The translations under genes and the position numbers were made by a program. Positions 1 to 10,733 of a DNA stretch of 64,000 nt are shown here, in pieces. This DNA is from an uncultured Actinomycetes bacterium (GTDB lineage Bacteria > Actinomycetota > UBA4738 > HRBIN12), in NCBI GenBank assembly GCA_963704885.1, contig CAVPIB010000004.1, positions 160,001 to 224,000 of the forward strand, written 5' to 3'. Under the pieces are notes generated by a model. It was not told the origin of the DNA. It worked only from the letters and a program-made list of their open reading frames with translations, and did not search any database. The first letter of the stretch is position 1, and every line of letters starts with the position of its first letter.

Positions 1-1
1 G

Positions 2-1240
2 TTCGCCGACTACGGATTCAACGCGTCCCACGCGTGCGCCTACGGCTACGTCGCCTATCAGACGGCGTATCTGAAGGCGCATCATCCGGTCGAGTACATG
101 TCGGCCATGCTCACGAGCGTCAAGGACGACAAGGACCGCAAGCCGTTCTACCTGTACGCGTGTCGCGGCATGGCGATCCAGGTGTTGCCGCCGGACGTGA
201 ACGGCTCGGAGACGGACTTCGCCCCGGCGCCGGGAGACGACCCGGCGATCAGATACGGGCTTTCGGCGATCCGTAACGTTGGGGAGGGCGCCGTCTCGCA
301 CATCATCGCGGCGCGCCTGACCAAGGGCGCGTTCACCTCGTTCGCCGACTTCTGCCGCAAGGTGGAACCGTCGGTGCTGACCAAGCGTGTGTTGGAGAGC
401 CTGATCTTCGCGGGTGCGTTCGACTCGATGGGGTACTCGCGCCGCGCGCTCATCGAGAACCACGACAAGGTCTCGGGCCCGATCGTGGCGGAGCGCAAGG
501 CCGAGGCGGCCGGGCAGTTCTCGCTCTTCGGCGGGGATTCCGGCGTGAACGAGGTCGACGAATCGGTGCTCGATGGTGAGGAGTTCGACAAGCGGACGCT
601 GCTCCGCGAGGAGAAGGAGATGCTCGGGCAGTTCGTGACGGATCATCCGCTGCTCGGCGTCGAGGATGCGCTGTCGGCCCAGACCACGCATGAGATCGCA
701 GACCTTGCCGCGCTCGGCGACGGCGACCTGGTAACCATCGGCGGAATCGTGGGCGCCGTTCAGCGGAGGTTCACCAAACGCGGGGAGCCCTACGCGCAGT
801 TCCGGTTGGAGGGCCTGGCGGGCGGGGCACAAGTGATCGCGTTCCCGTCGGTGTATGAGGCGGTGCCCGGACTGATCGAGGTGGATCGGATCGTCTTGGT
901 CACGGGACGCATCGACCTGCGTGGACGTGAGCTGCAGATCCGAGCGAACGAGATCCGCGAGCCTGATCTGGGCGAGGCCGCTCTGGAGTTCGTTCCTCGC
1001 CGGGTGGAGGTCGACCTCCCCGCCGCAGCTTGCACACCTGCGGTGCTCGCCCGAGTGAAGGAGCTCTTGGAGTCCCACCCGGGGAGCGCACCGGTACAGG
1101 TCCGGTTTCAGTCGTCTCAGGGCGTCACCCCCCTCGAGGTCGGGAGCGTTCGGGTAGACCCGTCGGCGTCGCTGCTGGGCGAGCTGCGTTCTCTCCTCGG
1201 CGCCGGGGCGGCCCGCGTCGGTCCGGACGACGTCGCGTAG
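2..1240 (+). CDS. dnaE: DNA polymerase III alpha subunit, C-terminal part (5' truncated by window)
   Basis: Frame open from base 2: FADYGFNASHACAYGYVAYQTAYLKAHHPVEYM, then LPPDVN, IRYGLSAIRNVG, EKEMLG, OB-fold region. Confidence 0.96.
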   Translation, partial: FADYGFNASHACAYGYVAYQTAYLKAHHPVEYMSAMLTSVKDDKDRKPFYLYACRGMAIQVLPPDVNGSETDFAPAPGDDPAIRYGLSAIRNVGEGAVSHIIAARLTKGAFTSFADFCRKVEPSVLTKRVLESLIFAGAFDSMGYSRRALIENHDKVSGPIVAERKAEAAGQFSLFGGDSGVNEVDESVLDGEEFDKRTLLREEKEMLGQFVTDHPLLGVEDALSAQTTHEIADLAALGDGDLVTIGGIVGAVQRRFTKRGEPYAQFRLEGLAGGAQVIAFPSVYEAVPGLIEVDRIVLVTGRIDLRGRELQIRANEIREPDLGEAALEFVPRRVEVDLPAAACTPAVLARVKELLESHPGSAPVQVRFQSSQGVTPLEVGSVRVDPSASLLGELRSLLGAGAARVGPDDVA

Positions 1241-1250
1241 GCCGGGCCCG

Positions 1251-1962
1251 ATGGGGTTCGCGCTCATCCCCGCGATCGACGTGCAGGATGGGTCGCTGGT
1301 TCGATACACCCCGGAAGGACCAGCGCCGATGGCGGCGTTCGGGGGCGACCCGGTGCTGGCCGCACGCACGTGCCTGGCGGCCGGCGTCACATGGGTCCAC
1401 GTCGTCGACATGGACCGGGCCTTCACCGGCGTAGCCCGCAACCTCGGCGTCGTGACCGCGGTGGCCGAGCTGGGTCTGAGGGTGCAGGCGGCCGGTGGCG
1501 TGATGTCCGCCATGGATGTCGACCTGGCCCTCTCGGCCGGGGCAGAGAGGGTGGTCTTGGGCTCCGGGGCCCTCCTCGACCTGGAGGAGGCCGCGAGCCT
1601 GATCGGCGAGGTCGGCGATCGACTCGTCGTCGGGATCGAGGTGGAAGGCGGACGGATCCGCGCGCGAGGCCGCAGCGCGACCGACCTTCCGCTCGAAGCG
1701 ACACTGGGCGCGCTCACGACCGCCGGGGCGGCGAGATTCCTGGTGACGTCGATCCCGCGCGTGGGGTCGCTGGGTGGTCCCGACATGGACGTGGTCCGTC
1801 AGGTCGTCGGCACCGGCCGCCCCGTGCTGGCGGCCGGTGGTATCGCGAGCGTCGAGCACTTGGCCGAGACTGCGTCGGTCGGGGGCCGAGGGAGCAGTGG
1901 TGGGACGTGCCGCCCTCGAGGGCGAACTCGACCTCGCGTCCGCGATCGCTTCTCTCGAGTGA
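1251..1962 (+). pseudogene. HisA/PriA-family (beta/alpha)8 isomerase with an apparent +1 frameshift in the G5 run at 1881-1885 (sequencing error or real); probable TrpF role
   Basis: LIPAIDV..G, HVVDMD, AGGV, RVVLGS, VLAAGGI motifs; removing one G restores the C-terminus VGAEGAVVGRAALEG..., stop at 1960-1962; directly upstream of trpC. Confidence 0.8.
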
Positions 1963-2004
1963 GCGCCGGAGGGTCAGAACCCGCCCGCTAGACTCGTCGG
2001 CCCG

Positions 2005-2784
2005 ATGGGTTTCCTCTCCGACATCACCGCCGAGCGAAGGCGAACCCTGGAGCGTCGGCCTCTCGACGCGTCCATCCTGCTGGGTCGCGCCCTGGCGCTG
2101 CCGCTCACCCGCGGATTCACGGCCGCGCTCAGGGCGCGGACGCCCGCGGTGATCGCGGAGGTCAAACGGGCCTCGCCGTCCGCGGGCGAGATCGCCGATC
2201 GAGACCCCGGCGAACAGGCCGCCGCGTACGCCGCGGCCGGTGCGGCCGCCATCTCGGTACTGACGGAGCCGGTTCATTTCAACGGCTCCCTGGCCGATAT
2301 GCGTTGCGCGAGGGTGGTGTGTGAGCTTCCCATCATGCGGAAGGACTTCCTGGTCCATCCGGACGAGATCATCCAGTCTCGAGCCGCAGGAGCCGACGCG
2401 GTGCTGCTGATCGCGGCGTGCCTGTCGAAGGACGAGCTCGTGGCCATGCTGGCCACGGCGCAGGATCTTGGCCTAGACGCTCTGGTCGAGACGCACTCCG
2501 ACGAGGACCTGCAGAAGGCGCTCGACGCGGGAGCCGAAGTCATCGGGGTGAACGCCCGCGACCTGGAGACGCTCGAGGTAGACGTCGAGCGAGCGCTGGA
2601 GCAACTAAGGCGGATCCCTGCCGACCGGATCGCGGTCATGGAGAGCGGGATCGCCTCGCGGGCTCAGGTGGAGGCCGCCGTCGCTGCCGGGGCGTCTGCC
2701 ATCCTTGTGGGAGAAGCGCTGATGCGCTCCGACGATCCCGGGGCGAAGATCCGAGATCTGCTGGGAGAGGAGTCCTCGAGATGA
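2005..2784 (+). CDS. trpC: Indole-3-glycerol phosphate synthase
   Basis: [36 protein letters not shown] motifs. Confidence 0.97.
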   Translation: MGFLSDITAERRRTLERRPLDASILLGRALALPLTRGFTAALRARTPAVIAEVKRASPSAGEIADRDPGEQAAAYAAAGAAAISVLTEPVHFNGSLADMRCARVVCELPIMRKDFLVHPDEIIQSRAAGADAVLLIAACLSKDELVAMLATAQDLGLDALVETHSDEDLQKALDAGAEVIGVNARDLETLEVDVERALEQLRRIPADRIAVMESGIASRAQVEAAVAAGASAILVGEALMRSDDPGAKIRDLLGEESSR

Positions 2785-3989
2785 GCACCGTCGCCGAGCT
2801 GCCACCCGCGGTGCCGGATGATCGTGGCCGGTTCGGGTCCTACGGGGGCCGCTACGTACCCGAGGTGCTGATCCCGGCCCTCGACGAGCTAGCTGCGGCC
2901 TGGGCCGAGCTCAGAGACGATCCAGGGTTCCGCGGCGAGCTGGACGCGCTGCTCCGTGACTACGTGGGTAGGCCCACGCCTGTCACCCACGCCGGGCGGC
3001 TCTCAGATGAGCTCGGGTACGACATCTGGTTGAAGCGTGAGGATCTCGCCCACACGGGTGCGCACAAGATCAACAACGGCCTGGGCCAGGCGTTGCTTGC
3101 CAAACGCCTGGGCAAGCGAAGGATCATCGCGGAGACGGGTGCCGGGCAACACGGCGTGGCCGCCGCCACGGCGTGCGCGCTTCTGGGGCTGCCTTGCGTG
3201 GTGTACATGGGCGAGGAGGACACGCACCGCCAGGCGCCGAACGTCGCGCGCATGAAGCTGCTCGGCGCCGAGGTCGTGCCCGTGACGGCCGGGAGCCGCA
3301 CCTTGAAGGAGGCGGTCAACGAGGCGCTCCGCGATTGGGCGACGTCCGTGCGCGACACCCACTACATCATCGGCTCGGTCGTCGGACCGCATCCGTTCCC
3401 CTTGCTGGTCCGCGATCTCCAGCGCGTGATCGGTGACGAGGCACGCGCGCAGTTCGCCGATATCCATGGCGTCGACCCGCAGGTGGTGGTGGCTTGCGTC
3501 GGAGGTGGGAGCAACGCGATAGGGATGTTCACGGCGTTCGTGGGCGCCCCCGGGGTGCGGCTGATCGGTGTGGAGGCGGGTGGGCGCGGGTCGCAGCTGG
3601 GGGAGCATTGCTCGTCCATCACGCAGGGACAGCCGGGTATCTTGCACGGCGCGCTCTCATACCTCCTCCAAGATGCGAACGGCCAGGTCGCCGACACGCA
3701 CTCCATCTCGGCCGGCCTGGATTATCCGGGGGTCGGGCCGGAGCATGCATACCTGCAGGACGCCGGCCTTGCGTCTTACGTGTCGGCCAGCGACCGTGAG
3801 GCGCTCGCGGGGTTCCAGGCGCTCGCCCGCACCGAAGGGATCCTGCCCGCCCTCGAGCCGTCGCATGTGATCGGATGGCTCCTCTCGCGGCCTCTACCTG
3901 AGGGGTCGACCATCCTGGTCTGCCTCTCCGGGCGGGGAGACAAGGACCTGGACACGATCCGGGCAGCGCTCGAAGGTTCGGATGCCTGA
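2781..3989 (+). CDS. trpB: Tryptophan synthase beta chain
   Basis: ATGA overlap with trpC; [15 protein letters not shown] (PLP lysine), [32 protein letters not shown]. Confidence 0.98.
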   Translation: MSTVAELPPAVPDDRGRFGSYGGRYVPEVLIPALDELAAAWAELRDDPGFRGELDALLRDYVGRPTPVTHAGRLSDELGYDIWLKREDLAHTGAHKINNGLGQALLAKRLGKRRIIAETGAGQHGVAAATACALLGLPCVVYMGEEDTHRQAPNVARMKLLGAEVVPVTAGSRTLKEAVNEALRDWATSVRDTHYIIGSVVGPHPFPLLVRDLQRVIGDEARAQFADIHGVDPQVVVACVGGGSNAIGMFTAFVGAPGVRLIGVEAGGRGSQLGEHCSSITQGQPGILHGALSYLLQDANGQVADTHSISAGLDYPGVGPEHAYLQDAGLASYVSASDREALAGFQALARTEGILPALEPSHVIGWLLSRPLPEGSTILVCLSGRGDKDLDTIRAALEGSDA

Positions 3990-4755
3990 CCTGGAGGCGG
4001 CGCTTCGCGGGAGACGTGACGAGGGGGGGCGCGCGTTCGTTCCCTATGTAACGGGTGGTCTCCCCGGCATAGACGCCGCTCTCATGCGGGGCCTGCAAGA
4101 GGCTGGGGCCGACGCCCTGGAGGTCGGCATCCCGTTCTCAGACCCCGTGATGGACGGAGGTGTTATCCAGGAGTCCTCCCGACTGGCGCTTCAGGCAGGC
4201 GCGACGCCGGACTCGATACTCCGCACGATCGAGGAGGCGGACCTCGACCTCCCCGTGGTGGTCATGACATACGTGAACCCGGTCTTCCGAGCGGGGTTCG
4301 ATGAATTCCTCACAGCGGCCGAGGGCGTCGGTGTGGCAGGAGCCATCGTGCCCGACCTTCCGGTCGACGAGGCCGGTGAGTGGATGGATGCCTGCGGCGC
4401 ACACGGGCTGGCCGCGGTTCAGCTGGCCGCCCCGGACACGTCGGGAGACCGCCTGGCCCGCATCGCCACCGTCTCGCGGGGCTTCGTTTACTGCGTGGCG
4501 ACCTATGGCGTCACGGGAGCCCGCGAGTCCGTCGCCGCCTCGGCCCGCGAGCTGGTGGATCGTCTCCGGCCCCTGACGGACCTGCCGCTCCTGGTGGGGG
4601 TGGGTGTGGGGACCCCGGTGCAGGCCACGCAGGTGTCGTCCTTCGCCGATGGGGCGATCGTGGGTAGCGCCCTCATGCAACGGTTCCTGGAGTCCGGGGG
4701 AGAGGGGCTGCTAGGGTCCGCTCGAGCCTTCAGGGCCGCGCTGCCCCTGAACTAG
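3982..4755 (+). CDS. trpA: Tryptophan synthase alpha chain
   Basis: [40 protein letters not shown]. Confidence 0.97.
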   Translation: MPDLEAALRGRRDEGGRAFVPYVTGGLPGIDAALMRGLQEAGADALEVGIPFSDPVMDGGVIQESSRLALQAGATPDSILRTIEEADLDLPVVVMTYVNPVFRAGFDEFLTAAEGVGVAGAIVPDLPVDEAGEWMDACGAHGLAAVQLAAPDTSGDRLARIATVSRGFVYCVATYGVTGARESVAASARELVDRLRPLTDLPLLVGVGVGTPVQATQVSSFADGAIVGSALMQRFLESGGEGLLGSARAFRAALPLN

Positions 4756-4895
4756 GCCATCCCGAAGGGCCAGCGCCTGCGTATCCGAGTGTGACCGGTA
4801 CGGGTGCGTGTGCACCGAACGGATGGCTGGTCTTGTACCGCGTTATGTGGTACCAACCACCATCCAAAGTAAGAGAAGGAACGGAGGGAGGGTCT

Positions 4896-6238
4896 ATGAA
4901 GCGTAGTGTCGTATTGAGGCTATTCGCGCTCGTCGCGGTGCTTTCGCTCGTCGGAGCCGCGTGCGCGAGTGACGACGAGGAGCCGACACCCGGCGGGGAC
5001 ACCGGTGGCGACGGCGGAGGAGCCACCGTCGACTGTGCCACGGTCGAGTTCGGCTGCGTCGAGGTGGCCGCTGGGGCGCCGATCCAGCTCGCCTCGTTGT
5101 TGGCGATCTCGGGAGACGCGTCGTTCCTCGGCATCGACAGCAACCACGGTGTCCAGCTGGCGATCGACAACCTGGACGGAGCCTGGATGCCACGGACGGG
5201 CAGCTGCTGGGCCACGACGTCACGCTCCAGCAGGAAGACGACCTCTGCTCGGCTGAGGGAGGTTCGGCTGGTGCCACGGCGCTTGCCGCTAACCCGGACA
5301 TCGTCGCGGTCTTCGGGACTTCGTGCTCGAGCGCAGCGCTCGGAGTCGCGGACCAGATCCTGAGTGACAAGGGCATCCTGCTGTTCTCGCCGTCGAACAC
5401 GAACCCGGGACTGACGTCGGAAGAGGCGCACCAGCCCTTCTACGGACGCACCGCGCACAACGACCGGATCCAGGGTGCGATCGTCGCGCAGTACGTGTAC
5501 ACCGAGCTCGGCCTCACGACGGCCGCGACGATCAACGACGAGAGCCCATATGCCGATGGATTGGCTGCCGCGTTCCGCAACAACTTCGAGGCGCTCGGCG
5601 GCACGATCACCGACATCGAGCAGGTCAACAGCGGCGACACTGACCTCGGTCCCGTTCTGACCAGCATCGCCGCCGGCAAGCCGGATGTCGTGTACGGTCC
5701 GAACTTCAACCCCGTCTGCGCCTTGAGCTACACGCAGGGAGCGAAGATCCTGCCCCAGGGCACGATCCAGATCGGGTCGGACGGCTGCCTGGAGAGCTCG
5801 TTCATCGACACGGTCGGTAAGCCGGTCGCGGGGGCGCAGTACATCGCCTCGTCGCCGGACGTCACCGTGTTCCAGGGCGGCGCGTTCTACAACGACACGT
5901 ACCTCCCGGCCTACACGGAGCAGTTCGGAGAGCCCACGTCGGTCTTCAACGCTCACGCCTTCGACGCGGTGAACGTTGTGTTCGACGCGATCGAGGCCGT
6001 GGCTATCGACGATGGGAGCGGCAATCTCTCCATCCCCCGAGTTGCTCTGCGCGACGCGGTCTTCGCGACGAGCGGCTACGAGGGTCTCACGGGGATCATC
6101 ACCTGCACCCCGCTGGGGGACTGCGCGACCGACGTTACGATCGGTATCTTCGAGTACGACTTCTGGCCGGTTGCAGGCGGATCCACGCCTGCCGACCCGG
6201 TCTTCTCGAAGACGTTGACGCTGGCTGACGTCGCCTAG
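4896..6238 (+). pseudogene. Branched-chain amino acid ABC transporter substrate-binding lipoprotein (LivJ/K family), apparent 1-base deletion near 5181-5183
   Basis: SD GGAGGGAGG, ATG 4896, lipobox VGAAC; adding one C at gcc|tgg gives LDGALDATDGQLLGHDV and joins the frame ending 6238 (FYGRTAHNDRIQG, HAFDAVN, GLTG). Confidence 0.8.
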
Positions 6239-6258
6239 CACGAACGGACGCGGCAAGA

Positions 6259-6286
6259 TGCGGGTGGGCCTTCTGGCCCACCCGCA
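6259..6286 (+). terminator. 12-bp stem-loop after the SBP gene (terminator or mRNA stabiliser)
   Basis: TGCGGGTGGGCC-ttct-GGCCCACCCGCA perfect inverted repeat; no U-tract. Confidence 0.6.
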
Positions 6287-6314
6287 GCCGCGCCTGAGGA
6301 TGTAGGCTCCTCCG

Positions 6315-7423
6315 ATGGCTACCGGGTCCCACGAGCCAGGCCACAGCCGCAACGCGCGCGGTTGGGGCGATTCGAGCGCCTGCCATGGCGAGGGATCATC
6401 CTGGTCGTGTTGTCGGTGCTGATCGTCTCGATCGTCTCGATCGGTGCTTACAAGACGCTCACATTGCCGGCCGAGGACCGCTATTCCTTCGACTCGTGGC
6501 GGAACTTCATCGTCCTGGGCATCGCCCAGGGCGCGATCATCGCCCTCATCGCGCTCGGGTACACGCTCGTGTACGGGATCCTGCAGATGATCAACTTCGC
6601 CCACGGCGAGGTCTTCATGTTCGGGGCCTTCGCCGCGTACTTCTTCTCCTCCGCCTACGAGCGAAGTGGCTTCCTCAACTCGAACCCGGTGGTCTCGATC
6701 GCGATCATGCTCATGGTGGCGATGCTCACGTCGATGGGCGTCGCCGTCTTGCTCGAGCGGGTCGCCTATAGACCGCTCCGGAACGCCCCTAGGCTGGTCC
6801 CGCTCATCACGGCGATCGGAGCCTCGCTGTTCCTCCAGAACACCGCGCGAGGGTTCTTCGGGGCAAAGAACCGCGGGTTCGGCGTCCCGGACGTCCTCGA
6901 GGGTACGTGGACGATCCTGGGTCTGGAAGTCAGGAGGGTCCAGGTCATGGTCGTCCTGACCGTGATCGTGGCGGTCGTTGTCCTGTCGTTGTTCATCGCC
7001 CGGACGCGGACCGGGAAATCGATGCGCGCCGTCGCGGCCGATAGCGAGATCGCGAGCCTCATGGGGATCCCGGTCGATCGAGTGATCGTTATCACCTTCG
7101 CGATCGGCGGTCTGCTCGCCGGCATCGCGGCCGTGTTGTTCTCCATAACGTTCGAATCGGTCAACTTCTCGATGGGGGTCCGGTTAGGGATCACCGCGTT
7201 CACGGCGGCCGTCCTCGGCGGGATCGGCAGCGTCGCCGGGGCCGCGCTGGGGGGCTTGACCTTGGGACTCTTGCAGTCCCTGGGCCCAGCGCTCATCCTG
7301 ACCGGCTACGGCATCCCCTCACCGTTCCAGCTGAAGGACGCATTCACCTTCCTGGTTCTCGTCTTGGTCCTCGTCTTCAGGCCCGGCGGGATCCTGGGCT
7401 CCGGGGAATCGGAGAAGGTCTGA
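6315..7423 (+). CDS. livH: Branched-chain amino acid ABC permease (LivH family); start uncertain (TTG 6362 in frame, or leaderless ATG 6315 with a frameshift)
   Basis: ALGYTLVYGILQMINFAHGEVFM, TGKSMRAVA, FTAAVLGGIGS. Confidence 0.85.
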
Positions 7424-9220
7424 ATGGGCGGCGTCTCGAGGCGCTCGATCGTGCGAGGGGGTCTGATCGGGGGCGTGGCCGCGATCTATCTCGCGCTCGT
7501 TGGCCTCTACACCAAGTTCGCCACCCTCGAGTTGGTCGGCGAGCAGGTCACCCTGGGCCGGGTGCTGCTCGTCGCACCGGCCCTCGTCACCGCATACGCG
7601 GTGACACGACCTCGCGTCGAGGCGGGCGAACGTCGTCCGGTCGCCTTCCCCGCCGGGGTAGGTGTAGGGGGATGGGCAGGGCTCGCGACGGGTGTGGTCT
7701 TCGCGGGCGCCGTCGCCTTCGCCGAGTGGTTCGGTGTCGACCGGATCAGGGAGATCTTCGTTTCGGTCACCGAGGCCTTGATCGACTTCCTGACGCTTGG
7801 GAGGGGGGTGCCCGGCGGGCTCCTGCTGCTGGTTGGCGTTTGCGGGGTCGGAGGGGCTATCGGCGGTTTCGCCCGGACCGCACCGGCGAGGATCCGCCAT
7901 CCGGTGACCACCGGACTCCTCGCGGTCCTGCTGCTGGGGATGCTCCAGCGCATCGTCCCGATCGTCTTCGTCGAGCTCGGCTTCGAGGTGGACTGGCTCT
8001 ACCGGCGTGGCCGTGGACTCACCTTCTTGGGGGCTGCGATCGTCTTCCTCTTGGGGGCTGGCGCGAGCGTGTTCTGGAACCGGAACGAGGGAAGCGCGCG
8101 GGAGCAGCTCCGTCAGAAGGTACGGGCCGAGCCGGCGGCGCGCCTAGGCTTGCTCGTCGTCATCATCGCCGTCCTGTTCTCCCTGCCGCTGCTGCTGGGG
8201 TCGGTGATCTCAGAGGTCCTGTCCCAGGTGATGGTCTACGTGCTGCTCGGGATCGGGTTGAACATCGTGGTCGGGTACGCGGGGTTGCTCGACCTTGGAT
8301 ACGTGGCCTTCTTCGCGTTCGGGGCATACAGCACGGCGGTGTTGACCGGGGCGTTCCTCAACACCACTGAAGGTGCGGCGGAACCGGCGCTCTCGGCGCA
8401 CTTCAACTTCTACGTGGCCGTGTTGATCGTCGCTGCTCTCGCCGCCGGCGTCGGACTACTCATCGGCGCGCCTGTGCTTCGCCTGCGCGGCGACTACCTG
8501 GCGATCGTCACGCTCGGGTTGGGCGAGATCGTCACCGTCATCACGGCGTCGAAATGGGCGCAGCCGCTGATCGGTGGGCCTCAGGGCATGCGTGGCGTCA
8601 CCAAGGCCCAGGTCCTGGGATTCAATCCCCAGGACCATCCGCAGCAGTTCTACTACCTGGCGTTGGCCTTCGTAGTGCTGGCTTTATTCGTCTCCTGGAG
8701 GCTCGAGTCGTCTCGCGTCGGCAGAGCGTGGAACGCCATGCGGGAAGACGAACAGGTCGCGGACGCGATGGGCATCAGCACGACCCGGTTCAAGCTGCTT
8801 GCCTTCGCGATGGGCGGCGCGATCGGCTCGCTCGGCGGTGCGCTCTTCGCCGTCAACCTGGGCTCCCTGTCACCTGCGAGCTTCGAGATCTTCGTTTCGA
8901 TCACCGCGCTCTCCGTGGTGGTCCTGGGTGGCATGGGCAGCCTCCCTGGGGTCGTGGTCGGCGCGCTCGTACTGATCGGCCTGCCTGGACTGCTCCGCGA
9001 GTTCGAGGAGTACCGCCTGCTGATCTACGGTGGGGCGATCATCGCCATCATGATCCTGCGCCCGGAAGGTCTGATCCCCAACGTTCGCCGCAGCCGCGAG
9101 TTGGAGGCGTCTGAGAGCGCGCAGGATGCTTGGGCGAAGGGCGCGGTTGGCGAGGCCGAGGCGGTCGCCGGCGTCCTACCTGGAGGGGCGCTGGGTGGCG
9201 ACGTGGAGGACTTGGAATGA
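7424..9220 (+). CDS. livM: Branched-chain amino acid ABC permease (LivM family) with N-terminal membrane extension
   Basis: GLNIVVGYAGLLDLGYVAFF, LRLRGDYLAIVTLGLGEI, GRAWNAMREDE, VVLGGMGS. Confidence 0.9.
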   Translation: MGGVSRRSIVRGGLIGGVAAIYLALVGLYTKFATLELVGEQVTLGRVLLVAPALVTAYAVTRPRVEAGERRPVAFPAGVGVGGWAGLATGVVFAGAVAFAEWFGVDRIREIFVSVTEALIDFLTLGRGVPGGLLLLVGVCGVGGAIGGFARTAPARIRHPVTTGLLAVLLLGMLQRIVPIVFVELGFEVDWLYRRGRGLTFLGAAIVFLLGAGASVFWNRNEGSAREQLRQKVRAEPAARLGLLVVIIAVLFSLPLLLGSVISEVLSQVMVYVLLGIGLNIVVGYAGLLDLGYVAFFAFGAYSTAVLTGAFLNTTEGAAEPALSAHFNFYVAVLIVAALAAGVGLLIGAPVLRLRGDYLAIVTLGLGEIVTVITASKWAQPLIGGPQGMRGVTKAQVLGFNPQDHPQQFYYLALAFVVLALFVSWRLESSRVGRAWNAMREDEQVADAMGISTTRFKLLAFAMGGAIGSLGGALFAVNLGSLSPASFEIFVSITALSVVVLGGMGSLPGVVVGALVLIGLPGLLREFEEYRLLIYGGAIIAIMILRPEGLIPNVRRSRELEASESAQDAWAKGAVGEAEAVAGVLPGGALGGDVEDLE

Positions 9221-10008
9221 GCGACCGGTCCCATCAATTAGAGCTGATCGGTGTCCAGAAGCACTTCGGCGGCCTGTACGCGCTGTCCGGGTTGGACATG
9301 CACGTCGACGCCGGAGAGATCGTCTCGGTGATCGGGCCCAACGGCGCCGGCAAGAGCACGATGTTCAACGTGATCACCGGTCTGTACGGGCCAGACGAGG
9401 GAGACGTCCGGTTCCGCGGTGACAGCGTCGTGGGTCTATCGCCGAACCGGATCACTCGGCTGGGCATCTCCAGGACGTTCCAGACCGTGCATCTGTTCCC
9501 CAACATGACCGTGCTAGAGAACGCCATGGTCGGCCAGCACTGCCGGTCCCGGGCGGGAGTGTTCGGCTCGATCGCGCGGTTGCCGCGCACCCGCCGCGAA
9601 GAGGAGCGGATCCGTCAGCGCGCGAAGGAGAGCCTCGCCTTCTTCGGCTCTCGCCTCGCGGGATACCGGGAGGAGCAGCCTGCGTTCGCGTTGTCCTACG
9701 CCAACCGACGCCGGCTCGAGATGGCCCGTGCGTTAGCTACCGACCCCGTGCTCGTCATGCTCGACGAGCCGACCGCCGGGATGAACCCCACCGAGACGAT
9801 CGAGCTCAAGGACCACATCGTTCGGATGCGCGACGAGCTCGGCCTCACGGTTCTCGTGATCGAGCACGACATGCGCGTGGTAAAGGGTGTGTCGGACCGC
9901 GTGATCGCGCTCGACTACGGACGCAAGATCGCCGAGGGGACCTACGCGGAGGTCGCGAACGACCCTCAGGTGATCGAGGCCTACCTCGGCACGAAGGCTG
10001 TCGGATGA
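9217..10008 (+). CDS. livG: Branched-chain amino acid ABC ATP-binding protein
   Basis: GPNGAGKST, ISRTFQ, LDEPTAGMN, IEHDM, VIEAYLG. Confidence 0.92.
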   Translation: MSDRSHQLELIGVQKHFGGLYALSGLDMHVDAGEIVSVIGPNGAGKSTMFNVITGLYGPDEGDVRFRGDSVVGLSPNRITRLGISRTFQTVHLFPNMTVLENAMVGQHCRSRAGVFGSIARLPRTRREEERIRQRAKESLAFFGSRLAGYREEQPAFALSYANRRRLEMARALATDPVLVMLDEPTAGMNPTETIELKDHIVRMRDELGLTVLVIEHDMRVVKGVSDRVIALDYGRKIAEGTYAEVANDPQVIEAYLGTKAVG

Positions 10009-10733
10009 CCGAAGAGCGTCAACCGATCCTCGAGCTGCGAGACGTGTCGACCCACTATGGGCTGGTCGCGGTGCTCCGGCACGTGAACGTACAGATCTAC
10101 CCCGGCGAGATGGTGTGCCTGCTGGGCGGCAACGCGAGTGGCAAGACCACCACCCTCAAGACGATCCTCGGCTTCGTGAAGCCGAGCGAGGGGGACGTGG
10201 TCCTCTCAGGCGAAGTGGTGAGTGGCATGCCGATCACCGAGGTCGTGCGGCGCGGAGTCTCCATGGTTCCGGAGAATCGCCGGTTGTTCGCCAACATGAC
10301 GGTGTCTGAGAACCTCGATCTGGGCGCCTATCAACGCACCGACCGCCCCGGGATCGCCGAGGACCGGGAGCGCTTGATGGACGTGTTCCCACGCGTCCGC
10401 GAGCGGCTGAAGCAGAAGGCGGGCACCCTCTCCGGCGGCGAGCAGCAGATGGTGGCCATGTGCCGCGCGTTGATGGCCAAACCGAAGGTGCTGCTGATGG
10501 ACGAGCCATCCATGGGGCTCGCCCCGGTCCTGGTCGATCAGGTTTTCGAGATCATCAAACAGATCCGATCCCTGGGGACGACCATCTTCGTCGTGGAACA
10601 GAACGCGAACATGGCACTGTCGATCGCCGATCGCGGGTACGTGATCCAGACCGGCGAGGTGGTCCTGTCCGATACCGCTGCGAACCTACTGGTCAACCCA
10701 CTGATGCGAGAGGCGTACCTGGGGGAGCTCTGA
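10005..10733 (+). CDS. livF: Branched-chain amino acid ABC ATP-binding protein
   Basis: GGNASGKTT, LSGGEQQM, DEPSMGLAP, VEQNA, REAYLG. Confidence 0.92.
   Translation: MTEERQPILELRDVSTHYGLVAVLRHVNVQIYPGEMVCLLGGNASGKTTTLKTILGFVKPSEGDVVLSGEVVSGMPITEVVRRGVSMVPENRRLFANMTVSENLDLGAYQRTDRPGIAEDRERLMDVFPRVRERLKQKAGTLSGGEQQMVAMCRALMAKPKVLLMDEPSMGLAPVLVDQVFEIIKQIRSLGTTIFVVEQNANMALSIADRGYVIQTGEVVLSDTAANLLVNPLMREAYLGEL

Noticed and set aside
1972-1994. PafBC-type motif before trpC (GGTCAG...TAGACT)
   Set aside because: Spacer is 11 nt and the hexamer has two mismatches
4730-6604. Long antisense ORFs (also 46642-48474, 52792-54303, 54717-56375, 36481-38640)
   Set aside because: Shadow frames of clear sense-strand genes in high-GC DNA; no recognisable motifs
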